Positions 25,328 to 27,907 of a DNA stretch of 27,907 nt are shown here, piece after piece. The position numbers and the translations under genes were made by a program. The stretch is from positions 1 to 27,907 of the forward strand of contig JBAXBA010000045.1 in the NCBI GenBank assembly GCA_037142195.1. The letters are read 5' to 3'. How positions within the stretch are numbered: position 1 is the first letter of the stretch; every line of letters starts with the position of its first letter. The stretch is from Pseudomonadota bacterium. Lineage in GTDB: Bacteria > Bdellovibrionota_B > Oligoflexia > Oligoflexales > CAIMVM01. The notes below the pieces were generated by a model. It worked only from the letters and a program-made list of their open reading frames with translations, searched no databases and was not told where the DNA came from.

Positions 25328-26875
25328 CTAAAGAACGGGTGGAACTGGCGGAGTAGGCGGGTCAACTTTAGTGGCTGATGCCCTAATGAGAGATTCCAAA
25401 ACCCTATCTGGTATTTGTCCAGCGTCAGCAGCTCTAGCTGCATTGTCCTTCCAAACTACCGGAAATGTTTCGGTAAGCGGGTTCCAAGATACAGACTCAA
25501 GATTTCTGTCCCCATAGCCAACCGGTCTTGCTCCTAGGGCTGCGGTCCAAATAAAATCTGGATGGCGCCTTTGATACCATTCACCGCCAATGATCTCTCC
25601 CTTATCGTCAAGTTCTAGATCATAGATGTAGCGAGTGGTATAGCTGTTATCTTGCTCTTCAGTATCGATTAGGGCAGAACTGGGCGACGTTTCCGTTCGG
25701 TAACTAATATCCATCGCGACGCCGACTACTTTTTTAACAAGAGGGTTGCGCCAAGCTTTATAGGGGTCATTTTGCCAAAGGGCATAATCTATCAGACTCG
25801 CGGCTAGATCGTCAGAGGGTAAAGCCGTGAGTGGATTAAAGTAACTCATCTTATATTCAAAAACGGGTTGGTTCCACACCTGATAGTCTTCACTAGCGTC
25901 GACAACAAAGGCCCTCTTTTCGATGCCTAGTTCATGGATGATACTTAAATGCCAGGACATAGGATTGATATCAAAGCAATCTTTCTCGATAATGCGCCCA
26001 GTGGCTTCGTCAATTTTTACGTCCCGTTCTTCGCACCTTCCCCCAATAAACCGAGAGGTAAATTGTGATTTAGCCCACATTTGACTCGCCAACGCTTTGA
26101 TGTCTGAGGGAAGAAACTTTACTGGGGATTTAAGGCCAGCAACAGGGACATCTATGGCGGCAGAGGGTCTCGCCTCAATATAGCTGGCCGGAGCCCAGCC
26201 ATGACAAATGCCAAACCAAGTTTCCACTTCACCGACATTTCTTAAATAGGCTTCCCCTTCTCCCCATGCATAGCTTGCGAGCTTGCCACCTGAATCGGAA
26301 ATCAAGTCATATTTCTCCGCGGGAGATAGCTTCACCAACTCTTCCGGGGAATCCAGACGAATCAGGTCAGCTGCCGGGTGCTGTTTGATATAGTTATAAT
26401 TCTCTGACCAAGAGCTGCTTTCTTCAAAAGAAGGATCAGAAAACCTAGCCGCTATGCCGCCCTTATAGGTCCCCCAATAGTCACCGGACCAAGGCAAAAT
26501 AGACGATCTTGAGCTCTTAAGCTCAGGCTTGTCGAGAGCAAAGATATTGGTAAATTTCAGGCCTGACTGCAAAAAGTCTTCAGGGTTATTTGTGGACATG
26601 TCGGCAGCTGCTTTTTGGTTGCCGCGACCTCTGAAGATGATTCGATCTCTAACTTTGCGTCTGAGTTCACTTCTTTGGTTCAGTGCGGAAGCATCAAGAT
26701 CCCGAAAGTCGGCGTCAGGGACTGGGTATCCGTGGGCATCAGTTTTCATAGGCCCAGAATTCATAAATAACTTAGGGTTTCCCTGCCAATCCTTGATTTG
26801 ACTCGCGAGAGTAGATCCAAAGCTTATAGTAGAAAACAAAACAGAACTGGCAAGAAGAAAATCAAGCATCATCAT
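25328..26875 (-). CDS. Secreted transglutaminase-elicitor (Phytophthora GP42-like) family protein
   Basis: Signal peptide, then PWSGDYW, SPAEKYD, WFGICHGW, SDIKAL, DINPMSWH, VWNQPV, YDLELD, IIGGEW and HPDFIW. SD AGGAGG at 26890-26885 favours a start at 26875 (26881 possible). Confidence 0.85.
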   Translation of the reverse strand: MMMLDFLLASSVLFSTISFGSTLASQIKDWQGNPKLFMNSGPMKTDAHGYPVPDADFRDLDASALNQRSELRRKVRDRIIFRGRGNQKAAADMSTNNPEDFLQSGLKFTNIFALDKPELKSSRSSILPWSGDYWGTYKGGIAARFSDPSFEESSSWSENYNYIKQHPAADLIRLDSPEELVKLSPAEKYDLISDSGGKLASYAWGEGEAYLRNVGEVETWFGICHGWAPASYIEARPSAAIDVPVAGLKSPVKFLPSDIKALASQMWAKSQFTSRFIGGRCEERDVKIDEATGRIIEKDCFDINPMSWHLSIIHELGIEKRAFVVDASEDYQVWNQPVFEYKMSYFNPLTALPSDDLAASLIDYALWQNDPYKAWRNPLVKKVVGVAMDISYRTETSPSSALIDTEEQDNSYTTRYIYDLELDDKGEIIGGEWYQRRHPDFIWTAALGARPVGYGDRNLESVSWNPLTETFPVVWKDNAARAADAGQIPDRVLESLIRASATKVDPPTPPVPPVL

Positions 26876-26901
26876 AGGCATTGCCCTCCTAACAGGAGCA
26901 A

Positions 26902-26917
26902 AGCAAATGCCGTGCCC
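26902..26917 (-). promoter_or_regulatory. Putative sigma54 (-24/-12) promoter
   Basis: Minus strand GGGCAC-GGCAT-TTGCT with exact GG-N10-GC spacing, just upstream of the SD. Confidence 0.6.
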
Positions 26918-27184
26918 ACATTTTTTTGCAGCACAGTTGAACACTTACAAGGAATCTGGGTCTCATCAGCATTTAAAAATGGGGGATTAGCTACGAAATG
27001 TGTGATTTCAATCCTAACTCACGCGATTTTCTGTTCAGGAATGGCCTCTATAGCAGTGGTTCTTAAGAGAGGATCGGCCTCATGCTGGACGATTTCAGGT
27101 AAGTAGTCTCATAGTTTGTCTCAAAAATTCCGAAACTCTGAGTTATAATGAGTTTCCTGTAGAATTTAAAAAAGGCATGGATCC

Positions 27185-27760
27185 ATGGAGACATTCTTAA
27201 GATTTGATTATCAATTATTCTCGCTCATTCATGGATTTTCTGGAAATTCCTTGGGGGATTATGCAATGGCGAGCATTAGTGATGAGAGGATGTGGATTTT
27301 TTTTGCCGTTTTAACGCTGATTTTCTTTATTTATAGAAAATTTAAGTACGGCCTTCGGTTGTTGCTGCTTCTGGTAGTGGGGGTGGGAATCAGCGATCTA
27401 TTGACGGTGAGGTTATTGAAGCCGTGGGTAGGTAGGCTTCGTCCCTGTCGGGAGTACCAGGATGTGATCGTAGTTGTAAAAGGATGGTGCGGTGGTGATT
27501 ATGGTTTTCCTTCGTCCCATGCCTCGAATGCTGCTGCAATTGCAGCTATTTTATGGTTTTTAGTACCCCGAAAATGGTTTTTCGCTGCTGCTTTCATTGT
27601 TCTCTTGGTGGGATTTTCGCGGATCTATTTAGGGGTTCATTATCCGGGCGATGTCCTGGCAGGGTTTGTTGTCGGCTCCATCATTGGTGCCTTGGTTTGG
27701 CGTCTATGGTCAAGAATGGGCTGGATTCAGAATCCAAGTAGAATGACCATAAAGTCTTAA
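27185..27760 (+). CDS. PAP2-family membrane phosphatase (undecaprenyl-PP/PGP phosphatase-like)
   Basis: KPWVGRLRP, PSSH and SRIYLGVHYPGD motifs with several TM segments. Confidence 0.92.
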   Translation: METFLRFDYQLFSLIHGFSGNSLGDYAMASISDERMWIFFAVLTLIFFIYRKFKYGLRLLLLLVVGVGISDLLTVRLLKPWVGRLRPCREYQDVIVVVKGWCGGDYGFPSSHASNAAAIAAILWFLVPRKWFFAAAFIVLLVGFSRIYLGVHYPGDVLAGFVVGSIIGALVWRLWSRMGWIQNPSRMTIKS

Positions 27761-27857
27761 ACAGTCTCCCACGGTCTGCAGGTTTGGGTGCTCCTCCGAA
27801 ACTTTCCCTAAGGATTTGTGGGATTGAGCGAGACATTGGCTCCCGGACCCAGCAATG

Positions 27858-27891
27858 GCATTCGGTTAAGACCTGACCGCATTCGGTTAAG
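27858..27891. repeat. 13-bp direct repeat with 21-bp period
   Basis: GCATTCGGTTAAG at 27858-27870 and 27879-27891. Confidence 0.8.
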
Positions 27892-27907
27892 GGCTCGACG
27901 TAACCCC

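Noticed and set aside
26882..26944. Upstream TTG start and Cys-rich N-terminus of the transglutaminase ORF
   Set aside because: This stretch contains the sigma54 motif and SD. The signal peptide begins at 26881 or 26875.
27858..27907. Start of a CRISPR array
   Set aside because: The 13-bp repeat and 8-bp spacer are far too short, there are only two copies, and no cas genes are present.

Overview
Chromosomal core/accessory window (about 40-45% GC) with no rRNA, tRNA, CRISPR, integrase, transposase or reverse transcriptase that I can recognise. The gene mix points to Bdellovibrionota/Oligoflexia or a related lineage (inference, not established). Contents in order: a selenium operon (EamA/DMT transporter, FAD-oxidoreductase-SelD fusion, tRNA 2-selenouridine synthase), a small conserved protein, an RluA plus a coupled HDLEH-motif protein, a lipoprotein with a lambda-R-like (GH104) muramidase domain, a GAF protein, a SOUL heme-binding protein, lemA-TPM-TPM-corA, an RsmB/NOP methyltransferase, a second RluA, a polysaccharide deacetylase lipoprotein with pyrC, a 58-aa XRE HTH gene missing from the ORF track, yadGH-like ABC-2 genes, a delta-9 desaturase, a stand-alone receiver protein, udp, a secreted GP42-like transglutaminase and a PAP2 phosphatase. 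Best leads: (1) a 575-nt region with no ORF >=60 aa beside the XRE gene, closed by a 14-bp inverted repeat and rich in G-U-containing stems, a candidate large structured RNA; (2) a transporter translationally coupled to the selenouridine genes; (3) two exported enzymes (muramidase and transglutaminase) with similarly placed sigma54-type promoters.
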